A stretch of DNA of 64,000 nucleotides. Origin: a bacterium (lineage in GTDB: Bacteria; Patescibacteriota; Saccharimonadia; Saccharimonadales; SZUA-47). The translations under genes and the position numbers were made by a program. Shown here in pieces: positions 1-9,865 of the stretch (positions within the stretch are counted from its first letter, which is position 1; the number at the start of each line of letters is the position of its first letter). The notes under the pieces were generated by a model. The model did not search any database and was not told where the DNA came from. It worked only from the letters and a program-made list of their open reading frames with translations. Location of the stretch: the NCBI GenBank assembly GCA_009923445.1, contig RFTN01000001.1, positions 4,523-68,522 on the forward strand, given 5' to 3'.

Positions 1-133
1 ACAAGCTTCGGTGGTGCAGCCGGGCGTGTCGTCTTTTGGGTAAAAATACACAACAAGCCACTTACCAGCGTAATCGGCTAGGCTATGCATAGTGCCGTTT
101 TGGTCGGGTAGGGTAAAATTGGGTGCTTTCATA

Positions 134-757
134 TCAGTGATTCTCTTCGTTTAAGCGCGCTAGTATCATGGCAAGTATATCACTAGTGACATCTTCTTGT
201 TTTGGCATTGCATCAATCTCGATTAACAAGCCACGGTCTTTGTAAAATTGTATTACTGGCAAAGTCTTATTGCTAAATTCTAAAAATCGATTCTGTAAAA
301 TGTGCAGTTCTTTATCGTCATGTCTACCACGTTCTGCAAGCTGCCACCGTTTTAAAACTTCATTTTCGGATATTTTTAAGTATATAACTACTTTTATCTC
401 ATGTCCCGATAACGACGCGACCTCTAAAATACTTTTTTCTTCACCACTCCAGCGACCAACACTACTTAAAATTAACGGTTTATTGCGGAACGACGCTTGC
501 TGAAAATAGGGCGAAATAATCTGAATGTATTCGTCAGAAGGGGCTAAGTAGCCCTGTGCGCTTCGTTCTTTGATGTGTTTTGGACCAATGTCACTACGCA
601 ATATGTCGCCGCCACTAATCAGAACACCATCGAGCATACTAGCGAGTTCTTTGCCGTGCGTATCTTTGCCAGCAAACGGTAGTCCAAAAATATTTATAGA
701 CCCCGAACCGAGTAAATGTTTTATGCTTGCAACAATTTTTTTATTTGCGGCTTCCAT
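134..757 (-). CDS. P-loop adenylate-kinase-family protein. Start taken at internal Met; the six-frame ORF extends to 865 but would overlap the hrcA promoter/CIRCE region.
   Basis: GLPFAGKDTHGKEL...ISGGDILR resembles the Adk P-loop plus ISTGDMLR motif. The P-loop lies ~60 aa into the long ORF, so the later Met was chosen. Confidence 0.4.
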   Translation of the reverse strand: MEAANKKIVASIKHLLGSGSINIFGLPFAGKDTHGKELASMLDGVLISGGDILRSDIGPKHIKERSAQGYLAPSDEYIQIISPYFQQASFRNKPLILSSVGRWSGEEKSILEVASLSGHEIKVVIYLKISENEVLKRWQLAERGRHDDKELHILQNRFLEFSNKTLPVIQFYKDRGLLIEIDAMPKQEDVTSDILAMILARLNEENH

Positions 758-802
758 TGAATTAGTATACGTAAGATGTACAACTGTTGCAAACAACTCT
801 GC

Positions 803-829
803 TTGGCACTCTTGTCTATTGACTGCTAA
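803..829 (+). promoter_or_regulatory. Degenerate CIRCE-like inverted repeat (TTGGCACTC-N9-GACTGCTAA) upstream of hrcA
   Basis: 7/9 + 7/9 match to the CIRCE consensus TTAGCACTC-N9-GAGTGCTAA, located 22 nt upstream of the hrcA ATG. Confidence 0.35.
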
Positions 830-850
830 AAGTGTTAAGATATTTGCAGT

Positions 851-1558
851 ATGACCGAGCGCCAAAAAGCAATTTTACGAAACGTTGTCGAGCAATATGC
901 CGAAGTAGCAAGTCCGGTTGGTTCTAATTTGTTAGCTAAAGTCTTTGGTGTAAGCAGTGCTACTATTCGGGCCGAAATGGCCGAACTAGAGAGGCTTGGC
1001 TATATCGAGCAGCCACATACCAGCGCTGGCCGTATTCCTACCGACAAAGGGTATCGTTTTTATGTAAACCATGTGAGCGAGGATCAATCAAAACACATAA
1101 CTAGCCCACGCGCCGAACGAGCGCTCAGTGCCAGGGCAAGTGGGGGTGGCGTGCCGGAGCGCGTTATTCGTAATACGGTCGATACGCTTGTAGAGCTTAC
1201 TCATAACCTAGGTTTGGCAACTATAGGCAACCAGCTGTATATGAGCGGGCTAAGTAACTTGTTTGGCCAACCAGAATTTATGCACCCTGGCCAGGTACAA
1301 GAGGTCGCGCGTTTGCTTGACAACCTAGAGCCGTGGCTACGTGAAGCCGCCCCGAACGAGGCGCTAAGTGTATTTATTGGTGCCGAGAACCCTATTGGTC
1401 GCAACAGTGGCTGTAGTTTAATAATCAGTAAGTTCCGCAGCCCATATAGTGATAAAAGCTTTATTGGTGTACTTGGGCCCACTCGCCAAAGTTACCGAGA
1501 TGTCATGAGTTTAGTTGAGCGCGCCGGTAAAACCCTAGAGGAGTCAATGTATGCCTAA
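851..1558 (+). CDS. hrcA: Heat-inducible transcription repressor HrcA (short form, 235 aa)
   Basis: N-terminal winged-helix region LAKVFGVSSATIRAEMAELERLGYIEQPHTSAGRIPTDKGYRFYV typical of HrcA. Sits in an hrcA-grpE-dnaK operon context. Confidence 0.75.
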   Translation: MTERQKAILRNVVEQYAEVASPVGSNLLAKVFGVSSATIRAEMAELERLGYIEQPHTSAGRIPTDKGYRFYVNHVSEDQSKHITSPRAERALSARASGGGVPERVIRNTVDTLVELTHNLGLATIGNQLYMSGLSNLFGQPEFMHPGQVQEVARLLDNLEPWLREAAPNEALSVFIGAENPIGRNSGCSLIISKFRSPYSDKSFIGVLGPTRQSYRDVMSLVERAGKTLEESMYA

Positions 1559-2027
1559 AAAACAACCCGAACCACAAATTCCGAATGCTGAAGCGCTTTT
1601 GCAGCAAGTTTCAGAGCTTACAGAGGCCTTGCAGCGCGAGCGTGCCGATGCTGTGAATGTTCGCAGACGAGCTGACGAAGAAAAAGCTAAGCTTGGTACA
1701 TTTTATAAGTCGCTGGTCGTTAGGGAGCTTTTACCTGTAATCGACAATTTTGAACGTGCACTTAAAAACACGCCCAAAGAGCTTATTGATAATGACTATA
1801 TAAAGGGTGTTACCGGTGTTGTTAAGCAATTTGAAGCGGCTTTAACTAAACTTGGCGTTGAGCGTATTAAAACAGTTGGCGAAGCGTTTAACCCAAACCT
1901 ACACGAAGCTGTTAGTATGGAAGAGGGGAGCGGCACTACAGAGGTAGTAACCGAAGAACTGCAAGCAGGTTATGTGCTACAAGAAGAAGTTTTGCGTCAT
2001 GCAATGGTACGCGTAACATTGAAATAA
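1551..2027 (+). CDS. grpE: Nucleotide exchange factor GrpE
   Basis: Coiled-coil N-terminus and C-terminal GrpE fold motifs (NFERALKN...GVTGVVKQFEAAL). Overlaps the hrcA stop by 8 nt, suggesting translational coupling. Confidence 0.8.
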   Translation: MPKKQPEPQIPNAEALLQQVSELTEALQRERADAVNVRRRADEEKAKLGTFYKSLVVRELLPVIDNFERALKNTPKELIDNDYIKGVTGVVKQFEAALTKLGVERIKTVGEAFNPNLHEAVSMEEGSGTTEVVTEELQAGYVLQEEVLRHAMVRVTLK

Positions 2028-2055
2028 ATTAATTTTAGTTGTATAATATTTTTTT

Positions 2056-2262
2056 ATGTCAGAAAAAAATCCAATAATTTTAAGTAGTCAAATAGATATT
2101 ACTCAAGAAATTTTAGATATTCGCTCAAAATTTCCGCCACGCGCACCGTTATCAGCTCAGCTAGAGCTGGCTTGGTTAAATTGTGATGACGAGACCTTCG
2201 CAGAGTTAAACGCTGGTATTAATCGTATACAAGAAATAACTGGCCGTCACAACATAATCTAA
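2056..2262 (+). CDS. Small hypothetical protein (68 aa)
   Basis: ORF between grpE and the dnaK CIRCE. No recognisable motif. Confidence 0.2.
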   Translation: MSEKNPIILSSQIDITQEILDIRSKFPPRAPLSAQLELAWLNCDDETFAELNAGINRIQEITGRHNII

Positions 2263-2284
2263 AAGCATAGCCAAAAAATTAAAA

Positions 2285-2311
2285 TTAGCACTCTACTAAT
2301 TAGAGTGCTAA
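2285..2311 (+). promoter_or_regulatory. CIRCE operator (TTAGCACTC-tactaatta-GAGTGCTAA), HrcA binding site
   Basis: Perfect 9-N9-9 CIRCE consensus read directly from the sequence, immediately upstream of the dnaK promoter. Confidence 0.85.
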
Positions 2312-2319
2312 TTTTATGC

Positions 2320-2349
2320 TTGCAATGTGTTTTGGCGCTCGTGTATAAT
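2320..2349 (+). promoter_or_regulatory. Putative sigma-70-type promoter of dnaK (-35 TTGCAA, 18-nt spacer, -10 TATAAT)
   Basis: TATAAT at 2344-2349 and TTGCAA at 2320-2325. RBS AAGGGG at 2375-2380 precedes the ATG at 2390. Confidence 0.4.
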
Positions 2350-2389
2350 GAGTGCTAGAAACAAATTACTATATAAGGGGAAACAGTAT

Positions 2390-4300
2390 ATGAGTAAAAT
2401 CATCGGAATCGACCTAGGAACAACTAACAGTGCAATGGCAGTTATGCAGTCTGGCAAGCCAGAAATTATTGCTAACAACGAAGGTGCACGCACTACTCCA
2501 AGTGTTGTCGCGGTTAACAAAAAAGGTGAGCGCCTTGTGGGTGCGCTTGCTCGTCGCCAACAAGTGACCAACCCTAAAAACACTGTTTACGAAGTTAAGC
2601 GCCTTATTGGTCGTAACTTTAACGACAAAGAAGTCCAAAAAGACCTTAAACTTATGGGCTACGAAATTGTTAAATCTGGCAACAGTACCAAAGTCAAAAT
2701 GGACGGCAAAGAATACAGCCCTGAAGAAGTCAGTGCAATGATTTTGAGCAAACTCAAAGCAGACGCCGAAGCCTTTTTGGGCGCCCCAGTTACAGAGGCT
2801 GTTATTACTGTACCGGCTTATTTTGATGACAGTCAACGTCAAGCCACTAAAGATGCTGGTAAAATCGCCGGTCTAGAAGTTAAGCGCATTATAAACGAAC
2901 CAACTGCTGCAGCGCTTGCATACGGTCTCGACAAAGAGAAAAAAGGTGACGAAAAAATCGCCGTATTTGACCTTGGTGGCGGTACTTTTGACGTATCTAT
3001 TCTAGAACTTGGTGACGGTGTATTTGAAGTTAAGAGCACTAATGGCGACACTCACCTGGGTGGCGCAGACTTTGATCGTATATTAGTCAATTACTTTGCC
3101 GACGAATTTAAAAAAGAACACGGCATAGACATCACTAAAGACAACGCAGCCATGCAGCGCTTACGAGACGAAGCCGAAAAAGCAAAAATTGAACTTAGTA
3201 GCAGCCAAGAAGTTGACGTAAATCTACCATTCTTGACCGCCGATGCCGACGGTCCTAAGCACTTCGAGCATAAACTATCACGGGCCAAGCTTGAACAACT
3301 AGTGGGCGAGCTTGTTGACAAAACAGCCGAACCATGCAAAAAGGCCTTAAAAGACGCTGGCCTTACCGCTAAAGACATCGACGCCGTTGTACTTGTAGGT
3401 GGTATGACCCGCATGCCTGCCGTTCAAGAAAAGGTCAAAGAAATCTTTGGCAAAGAGCCCATGAAGGGTGTAAACCCCGACGAAGTTGTAGCAGTTGGTG
3501 CTGCAATTCAGGGCGGTGTATTGCAGGGTGATGTTAAAGATGTGTTATTACTTGATGTTACGCCGCTAAGTCTCGGTATAGAGACTATGGGCGGTGTTAG
3601 CACAAAGCTCATCGAGCGCAACACCACCATTCCTACTAGTAAATCAGAAGTATTTAGTACTGCTGCCGATAATCAAAACCAAGTAGAAATTCATGTACTG
3701 CAGGGCGAGCGCGACTTTGCAGCCGACAACAAGTCGCTTGGCCGCTTTATATTAGATGGCATTGCGCCAGCTCCACGTGGTGTGCCGCAAGTAGAGGTTA
3801 CATTTAACCTAGATGCCAACGGTATTTTGAATGTTACGGCCAAAGACAAGGGTACGGGCAAAGAACAAAACATTACCATTCAGGGTTCAGGCGGTCTAGA
3901 CAAGGCCGAGATTGAAAAAATGCGCAAAGACGCTGAGGCACATGCAGAGGACGATAAAAAGAAGCGCGAAGGTGTTGAAGCTAAAAACCAGCTAGACAGC
4001 GCAATTTACCAAGCTGGCAAACTTAAAGACGAGAACAAAGAAAAGATAACCGAAGATGACATTAAAACGCTGGATGAAGCCGTAGAAGCAGCCAAAAAAG
4101 TACAAAGCGACGAAAGTGCCGACAAAGATGCTTACGAAGCTGCAACCAAAGAACTTACCGACAAAATGATGCCAATTGGTGCTAAGTTGTACGAACAGGC
4201 TGCTAAAGATGAAGCTCCAGCCGAAGGCAGCGAGCCTAAAAAAGACGACAAAGATGTTGTTGAAGGCGAAGTCGTAGACGATAAGAAAGAAGATAAATAG
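2390..4300 (+). CDS. dnaK: Chaperone DnaK (Hsp70)
   Basis: [14 protein letters not shown]..., DLGGGTFD and the full Hsp70 architecture. Start placed at the ATG with RBS rather than the upstream GTG of the ORF track. Confidence 0.95.
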   Translation: MSKIIGIDLGTTNSAMAVMQSGKPEIIANNEGARTTPSVVAVNKKGERLVGALARRQQVTNPKNTVYEVKRLIGRNFNDKEVQKDLKLMGYEIVKSGNSTKVKMDGKEYSPEEVSAMILSKLKADAEAFLGAPVTEAVITVPAYFDDSQRQATKDAGKIAGLEVKRIINEPTAAALAYGLDKEKKGDEKIAVFDLGGGTFDVSILELGDGVFEVKSTNGDTHLGGADFDRILVNYFADEFKKEHGIDITKDNAAMQRLRDEAEKAKIELSSSQEVDVNLPFLTADADGPKHFEHKLSRAKLEQLVGELVDKTAEPCKKALKDAGLTAKDIDAVVLVGGMTRMPAVQEKVKEIFGKEPMKGVNPDEVVAVGAAIQGGVLQGDVKDVLLLDVTPLSLGIETMGGVSTKLIERNTTIPTSKSEVFSTAADNQNQVEIHVLQGERDFAADNKSLGRFILDGIAPAPRGVPQVEVTFNLDANGILNVTAKDKGTGKEQNITIQGSGGLDKAEIEKMRKDAEAHAEDDKKKREGVEAKNQLDSAIYQAGKLKDENKEKITEDDIKTLDEAVEAAKKVQSDESADKDAYEAATKELTDKMMPIGAKLYEQAAKDEAPAEGSEPKKDDKDVVEGEVVDDKKEDK

Positions 4301-4536
4301 TGGAACTCACCATTAAAAATCGTGCTGCCACTGTGTCGGTAGATAGCACCGCAATTGTTACTAAAAAAAATGGTACTGCCGATCTATTGTTTATACAATT
4401 TACGCGTGAGGGCGAAGCGCCCGAAGGTGATGTTGTTGCAGCCGTACGCTTAAATAGTATTGCTGAGCTTGAAGACTTAAAAAAAACCATTGAAGAATCG
4501 ATAAAAAAGCACAAAAACGCCGAACGCGAAATGTAG
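4300..4536 (+). CDS. Small hypothetical protein (78 aa), GTG start overlapping the dnaK stop
   Basis: ORF only. Confidence 0.25.
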   Translation: MELTIKNRAATVSVDSTAIVTKKNGTADLLFIQFTREGEAPEGDVVAAVRLNSIAELEDLKKTIEESIKKHKNAEREM

Positions 4537-4557
4537 CCTTTAGGGTACAATAAGCGT

Positions 4558-4860
4558 ATGCGTGTTCAACTCGATAAAACTGCTTATAAGTTTTTAAAAA
4601 AAGAGCAAACCTCTATAGACCGAATGATGATGCTAGTTGGTTCTTTAACGCCACTGGCGACTATTCCGCAGATTATTACTATTTATAGTGCACAAAGTGT
4701 GGCAAATGTCTCGCTATTAACTTGGATATTGTACGATTTGTCATCAGTTTTATTTTTGTCGTATGCAATATTACATAAACTCCCCCCGCTTATTATTTCG
4801 AGCATATTATGGATTATTGTCGATAGCGCGGTGGTTATAGCTTGGTTCATTTTTCACTAG
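4558..4860 (+). CDS. SemiSWEET / PQ-loop family small sugar transporter-like membrane protein
   Basis: About 100 aa with 3 predicted TM helices and a PQ motif in the first helix (TIPQIITIY), as in bacterial SemiSWEETs. Confidence 0.45.
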   Translation: MRVQLDKTAYKFLKKEQTSIDRMMMLVGSLTPLATIPQIITIYSAQSVANVSLLTWILYDLSSVLFLSYAILHKLPPLIISSILWIIVDSAVVIAWFIFH

Positions 4861-4894
4861 CACTCACGGGGGTACGAGTGCTAAAATATAACAA

Positions 4895-5782
4895 ATGAGT
4901 AAACGAGATTATTACGAAGTATTAGGTGTGCAAAAAGGCGCAAGCGCCGACGAGCTAAAAAAGGCTTTTAGAAGTGCGGCCATACAACACCACCCAGATA
5001 AAGGTGGCGACGAGACTAAGTTTAAAGAAGTAAACGAAGCGTACGAGGTGCTAAGTAACCAAGAAAAACGCCAGCGCTATGACCAATTTGGACATGCTGG
5101 TGTTGGTGGGGCTGCAGGTGGGGGTGGCAACCCATACGGTGGTGGGTTTCAGGGTCAAAACATTAACTTTGATTTTAGCGACCTAGGTGGCTTTGGCGAC
5201 CTGTTTAACACCTTTTTTGGCGGAACACAGCAGCGTCAACGCAGAGGCCGCGACTTACAAACCGTAATAGAGCTAGGCTTTGAAGAGGCAATTTTTGGTA
5301 CAGAAAAAGAAATTAAACTTTCCCATAGTGGCGTCAGCGCTAAAGACAGCGCTGTCAAAATACGCGTACCAGCAGGGGTAGACGACGGCAGTACAATACG
5401 CCTGCGCGAACGCGGTGAACATATACAAAACGGCCCCCCGGGGGATTTATTTGTACAAATTCGAGTACGCCCACATAAACAGTTCACTCGCGAAGGCTCC
5501 TTGATACTAAGCGCAATTCATGTAAACATGATCGATGCAACATTGGGTACAGAAATCGACGTCACGACAATAGACGGTAAAGTACGTATGAAGGTGCCGG
5601 CTGGCACACAAAGCGGTACAGACTTTAAACTTAGCGGTCACGGTGTACCTATTGGTAATGATCGACGTGGGGCACACATTGTTACGGTCATAGTCGACAC
5701 GCCAACCAAACTCAGTAAAAAACAACAAGAGCTATTGCAAGAATTTAAAGACTCAGCAAGTAAGGGCTTTTGGCGCTCATAG
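4895..5782 (+). CDS. dnaJ: J-domain co-chaperone (DnaJ/CbpA class) with G/F-rich region and no CxxCxGxG zinc finger
   Basis: J-domain with HPD (YYEVLGV...HPDK), a Gly/Phe-rich linker and C-terminal substrate-binding domains. No Cys-rich repeat is present. Confidence 0.7.
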   Translation: MSKRDYYEVLGVQKGASADELKKAFRSAAIQHHPDKGGDETKFKEVNEAYEVLSNQEKRQRYDQFGHAGVGGAAGGGGNPYGGGFQGQNINFDFSDLGGFGDLFNTFFGGTQQRQRRGRDLQTVIELGFEEAIFGTEKEIKLSHSGVSAKDSAVKIRVPAGVDDGSTIRLRERGEHIQNGPPGDLFVQIRVRPHKQFTREGSLILSAIHVNMIDATLGTEIDVTTIDGKVRMKVPAGTQSGTDFKLSGHGVPIGNDRRGAHIVTVIVDTPTKLSKKQQELLQEFKDSASKGFWRS

Positions 5783-5915
5783 TAAGCACTTGTAGCGTTT
5801 TGAACAAAACAACTAACTCATAGCGCCATATGGGTGTGTACAAAATTATTTATTACGCTTGTGTCTAAACGCGTAAAGAAGTAAGCTATAGCTAGAACTA
5901 AAGGAGACTAAACAC

Positions 5916-6236
5916 GTGAAAAAAAGAAGTCCGGTAGCAGTTTTATTACTACCATTTGTTACATTTGGTATATACAGTATTTATTGGTTAGTAAAAACAA
6001 AAGGAGAAATGAAAGCATTAGGTGCAGACATTCCTACGGCTTGGCTGATTATTGTGCCGCTCGTAAACTTTTGGTGGTACTGGAAGTATTGTAAGGGCGT
6101 TGAGCAGGTAACTAACTACACCGCCAAGTACCCCACTTGTACAGTAAGTAAAAAACACCGCTTGTGGTTGAATAACGTAAGCGGTGTTTTTATTTTGCCT
6201 AGTTATGAGTACAATGTAGCTAATGACAAAGCATAA
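5916..6236 (+). CDS. DUF4234-like small membrane protein, paralogous to 12671..13123
   Basis: MKKRS...GIYSIYW...KTKGEMKALGADIPTAW motif shared with the 12671..13123 protein. Confidence 0.4.
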   Translation: MKKRSPVAVLLLPFVTFGIYSIYWLVKTKGEMKALGADIPTAWLIIVPLVNFWWYWKYCKGVEQVTNYTAKYPTCTVSKKHRLWLNNVSGVFILPSYEYNVANDKA

Positions 6237-6333
6237 AAACAATCAAGGCTTTATTACTATGATAGTTATAATGATTATAATTGTCGGCACATGTATTGCT
6301 CTAGCATATCTACGCGTAAAAAACGCTTCCCAA

Positions 6334-6362
6334 TAGACAAAATAGATAAAATGTGATATAAT
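6334..6362 (+). promoter_or_regulatory. Putative promoter (-35 TAGACA, 17-nt spacer, -10 TATAAT with a TGTG immediately upstream)
   Basis: TGTG at 6352-6355 sits one nt upstream of TATAAT at 6357-6362, 29 nt upstream of the ATG at 6391. Confidence 0.45.
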
Positions 6363-6390
6363 GTAAGCAATAGCATTAAACAGGGCTAAC

Positions 6391-6870
6391 ATGGCAAAAT
6401 TTCAAATTATTATCGGTCGCGCAGAACAAATAGATATCGTTGGTACGGCTCTTGGTGTGCCGGCACGTATAGATACTGGTGCTTTTAGGTCGTCTATTCA
6501 TGCAACAGATATAAAAGAAATTACTAAAGATGGTGTTAAGCAACTTCAATTTAGTATTTTAGGCCACACTTGTGCCCCGGTTGCGCGTAAGGTAGTAGCA
6601 ACAAAATACAACGTTGTAACAGTTCGTAGCAGCAATGGCGAAGTTAGCGACCGTTATGCAGTAACCTTTAAAGTAAAAATTGGCCCCAAAATTTTTAATA
6701 CTAGCTTTAGTTTGTCGGACCGTAGTCAAAACGTTTTTCCTATACTTGTAGGCCGTGAGGCATTAAACGGCAGGTTTATAGTAGATTCTAATAAAACATC
6801 TGTATCTAAAGTTAGTTTAGTGAAACAGTTTGGCATAGCACTAGATAATCATGAAGGCACGGAGGAATAA
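6391..6870 (+). CDS. RimK-associated retropepsin-like protease-fold protein (PF05618-like, annotated in databases as putative ATP-dependent zinc protease)
   Basis: A 159-aa protein 5 nt upstream of rimK. IDTGAF...ILGREAL-type aspartyl-protease-fold signature (RIDTGAFRSSIH, PILVGREALNGRF). Confidence 0.5.
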   Translation: MAKFQIIIGRAEQIDIVGTALGVPARIDTGAFRSSIHATDIKEITKDGVKQLQFSILGHTCAPVARKVVATKYNVVTVRSSNGEVSDRYAVTFKVKIGPKIFNTSFSLSDRSQNVFPILVGREALNGRFIVDSNKTSVSKVSLVKQFGIALDNHEGTEE

Positions 6871-6875
6871 TAACT

Positions 6876-7787
6876 ATGAAGATTGCTATTTTAAGTAACG
6901 GTCCGGGCAACTACAGCACAAAACGCCTTAAAGAAGAAGCAAAACTGCGAGGCCACGATGTAAAAGTTATAAAATACAAGGAATGCTACGCTAGCATAGA
7001 ACAAAATAAGCCGGTAGTAAGTTATCGCGGTGAAGATTTAATAGGTTTTGATGCAATTATTCCACGTATTGCCAGCAGTATGACACGCTACGGTACTGCT
7101 ATTGTGCGTCAGTTTGAAATGACTGGCGTCTACACACCAAGTAGCAGTATTGCAATTACACGCTCAAGAGATAAGCTACGTACGCTACAATTGCTTGCAC
7201 GCGCAGGTGTTGGTATACCAAAGACCGTGTTTACGCGTAATACAACTGATTTTGACGACCTTATTGATGAAGTTGGTGAGTTGCCGGTTATTATAAAGCT
7301 TGCTCGCGGTACGCATGGTAACGGCGTAGTTTTAGCCGAGACTAAAAAAGCTGCTAAAAGTGTATTGCAAGCGTTCCATGTTATGGACGATGACGGTACA
7401 AACATTTTATTACAAGAATTTGTTAAAGAATCAGCCGGTGTTGATATTCGTGTCTTTGTTGTTGGCGGTAAAGTAATTGCTAGCATGAAGCGCCAAAGTC
7501 TTGACGATGATTTTAGGAGTAACTTACACCAAGGCGGTGCTGGTGAGTCTATTAAGCTTACCGACGAAGAGCGTAAAACCGCGCTTAAAGCTGCTAAAGC
7601 TATGGGCTTATCTATTTGTGGTGTCGATATAATGCGCAGCGATCGCGGACCACTTGTTTTAGAAGTTAATAGTAGTCCAGGTTTTGGCATAGAGAAGGTA
7701 ACTGGTCGTGACGTTGCTGGTCCGATATTGGACTACATTGAGCAAAATGCAAAGCGCAGTAGGCGCCGAGACCGAGTTGGCGCCTAA
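6876..7787 (+). CDS. rimK: RimK-family ATP-grasp alpha-L-glutamate ligase
   Basis: MKIAILS...KLRTLQLLARAGVGIPKT...IIKLARGTHGNGVVLAE... ATP-grasp motifs. Confidence 0.75.
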   Translation: MKIAILSNGPGNYSTKRLKEEAKLRGHDVKVIKYKECYASIEQNKPVVSYRGEDLIGFDAIIPRIASSMTRYGTAIVRQFEMTGVYTPSSSIAITRSRDKLRTLQLLARAGVGIPKTVFTRNTTDFDDLIDEVGELPVIIKLARGTHGNGVVLAETKKAAKSVLQAFHVMDDDGTNILLQEFVKESAGVDIRVFVVGGKVIASMKRQSLDDDFRSNLHQGGAGESIKLTDEERKTALKAAKAMGLSICGVDIMRSDRGPLVLEVNSSPGFGIEKVTGRDVAGPILDYIEQNAKRSRRRDRVGA

Positions 7788-8295
7788 AAATTTGCTTTTG
7801 GTTGGAAGGTATTTTAGAGCACTGCTTATTCTAACAGTCGTGCTGGGCAGTGTTGTATTTGCTCGTAGTATTGGTCAAGACTCGACTGAGTATGCTACAA
7901 ATAATTGCCCAAGCAGTAACATAACTGTTTCAAGAAGTAATGTAGTATTGACGACTCAAAGTAATCAAAGATACGATATTGAAATTGCAGAAACTCCTGC
8001 GCAACAAGAACTTGGTTTATCTAATAGACCGTGCTTTCCGGCAAATGGTGCACTGCTTTTTGCGTTCCAAACAGATGATATGTACGGTATATGGATGAAA
8101 AACATGAGCTTTAACATTGATGTTATTTGGCTTGATAGTAATAAAAAGGCCGTACACATAGAGCATAATATGCAGCCAAGTTCTTATCCAAATGTATTTT
8201 ACTCACAAGCTAAAGCCCGCTATGTTATAGAGCTTAATGCTGGCCAAGTTGACAATATACTGGGCGCTCAACTAGATACGCAGTTTAATTGGTAA
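7747..8295 (+). CDS. DUF192 domain protein with N-terminal signal/TM segment
   Basis: LGLSNR...GALLFAF...GIWMKNMSFNIDVIWLD...RYVIELNAG matches the DUF192 (COG1430) pattern. Start is ambiguous (7708, 7747 or TTG 7792) because it overlaps the rimK end. Confidence 0.45.
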   Translation: MQSAVGAETELAPKNLLLVGRYFRALLILTVVLGSVVFARSIGQDSTEYATNNCPSSNITVSRSNVVLTTQSNQRYDIEIAETPAQQELGLSNRPCFPANGALLFAFQTDDMYGIWMKNMSFNIDVIWLDSNKKAVHIEHNMQPSSYPNVFYSQAKARYVIELNAGQVDNILGAQLDTQFNW

Positions 8296-8317
8296 GTGCT
8301 TATGCTACCATATAGGT

Positions 8318-8797
8318 ATGCAAGGCGATATTATTTCAGCCGCACTACTCGTTATTCCAATTTTTTTGGTTATTTTACTACGTACAAATGCAGCTCTAAT
8401 GTTTTTTGTTTTAGCAGGTGCAATTACTCTACAGAATTATTTAGATAAAGACGTCGAAAGCTTTACGAGCTCACTACTAAACGCAAAAAATAGCAGCATT
8501 GTAGCGCTGCTAATAATAGTTATTCCATTTTTAGTAGCAGCCTATGCTTTTAGGAACACGGTGCCCAAAAAAGGAATTTTTTTTCATTTACTGATAGCCG
8601 TGGGAGTTGGCGGGACGTTATTCATTGTTCTACCGACATATATTACGCCTGGAGTTGCAGGTGCAGTTAGGTATAGTGTTATAGGAGAAGCAGTACTGCC
8701 GTATACCAGCGTTATTTTGGCAGCAACATTTTTAGCAAGCGTTGTCGTGCTGTGGTTTAGTCACCCACGTGAACATCACGGTAAAAAAAGCCACTAA
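8318..8797 (+). CDS. Hypothetical polytopic membrane protein
   Basis: Hydrophobic ORF with 4-5 predicted TM segments. Confidence 0.3.
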   Translation: MQGDIISAALLVIPIFLVILLRTNAALMFFVLAGAITLQNYLDKDVESFTSSLLNAKNSSIVALLIIVIPFLVAAYAFRNTVPKKGIFFHLLIAVGVGGTLFIVLPTYITPGVAGAVRYSVIGEAVLPYTSVILAATFLASVVVLWFSHPREHHGKKSH

Positions 8798-8844
8798 AAT
8801 TTTGTGCGCTTGTATAGGTTAAAAATACTTATTTTCAGCTAATA

Positions 8845-9096
8845 TTATTGTATCTGCATTGCAAGTCTGCGGCTTGCTACTTGGTTCATGACAGTTATGA
8901 CTACAAAGAAAACCACGCCGGTTAAGCAGGTGCGTAGTACGGAAGCATTGTTTATAAAAATCAACAGAACACCCGATGCAAGTGTGCTTGTAGCTAATCC
9001 ATAGCTAATAGTAGATTTTTTTGCACTAGGACTGACTAGATTAAAAGTCGATAAAATCAAACTGGCTACCGCTAATATTACATGTAAAATAATCAT
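8845..9096 (-). CDS. Small hypothetical membrane protein
   Basis: 83-aa hydrophobic ORF. Confidence 0.2.
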   Translation of the reverse strand: MIILHVILAVASLILSTFNLVSPSAKKSTISYGLATSTLASGVLLIFINNASVLRTCLTGVVFFVVITVMNQVASRRLAMQIQ

Positions 9097-9210
9097 AACC
9101 TTATTGTATTGCTTGCGTTAGCATTAAGTCAACTTAAATCACGCACTATGATTAACAAATAAAAAAACTTGGCGGATTAATCGCCAAGTTTTTTGTAATA
9201 CCAAATAGTA

Positions 9211-9804
9211 TTAGCTAGGTAGTAATACGCCACCAATAACATGTACTACACCGTTGTCGGCATTAACATCAGCTGCTTCAACAACAACTTTATTGCCCTT
9301 TGCGTCAGTTAAGTACACCTTACCGCCCATAATCGATACAGTGAGGTTTCCACCCTGTACGGTTGTAATAACTTGACCATCTTTTAGGTCAGACGCAAGT
9401 ATTTTACCTGGTACGACGTGATAGGTAAGAATCGACTTCAGTGTATTGACGTTCTCTGGCTTTAGTAGCGTATCTAGTGTGCCTGCTGGCAATGCCTCAA
9501 AAGCTGCATTTGTTGGTGCAAACACTGTAAACGGACCTTGTCCCTGCAGTGTGTCTACTAGGCTTGCGGCTTTTACGGCCGTAACCAAAGTTGATAGGCT
9601 GGGAGTATTCGATGCCAATACAACTATTGTTCCAGGACTTTTAACTGCTGGTTGCTGTGTTGCTTGTTGAGTTTGGCTTGTTTCGTTAGTAGTCTTTTTG
9701 CTGTCATCTTTCTTTGAACTTACCGCCCAAAGCAAGCCAGCGCCAATTGCAAGTACGGCTACAATTCCTACTATGATTCCTGTTTTATTATTACTTTGTT
9801 CCAT
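9211..9804 (-). CDS. Fasciclin (FAS1) domain surface protein with N-terminal membrane anchor and Thr/Gln-rich linker
   Basis: TVFAPTNAAFEALP...LTYHVVPGK...GGNLTV... FAS1 signature. Confidence 0.6.
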   Translation of the reverse strand: MEQSNNKTGIIVGIVAVLAIGAGLLWAVSSKKDDSKKTTNETSQTQQATQQPAVKSPGTIVVLASNTPSLSTLVTAVKAASLVDTLQGQGPFTVFAPTNAAFEALPAGTLDTLLKPENVNTLKSILTYHVVPGKILASDLKDGQVITTVQGGNLTVSIMGGKVYLTDAKGNKVVVEAADVNADNGVVHVIGGVLLPS

Positions 9805-9865
9805 TTTAGCTCCTTATTAATTACATAATCTATTATGTGCTGGAGCGTGTTTAGAATCTGTATAG

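Noticed and set aside
758-865. Longer form of the minus-strand P-loop gene reaching 865
   Set aside because: It would overlap the hrcA start codon and the CIRCE-like operator and promoter, and the P-loop would sit about 60 aa from the N-terminus, unlike adenylate-kinase-family proteins.
2327-2389. Upstream GTG-initiated extension of dnaK ([21 protein letters not shown])
   Set aside because: The extension covers the -10 TATAAT and the RBS. The canonical [14 protein letters not shown] start with AAGGGG RBS at 2390 is far more plausible.
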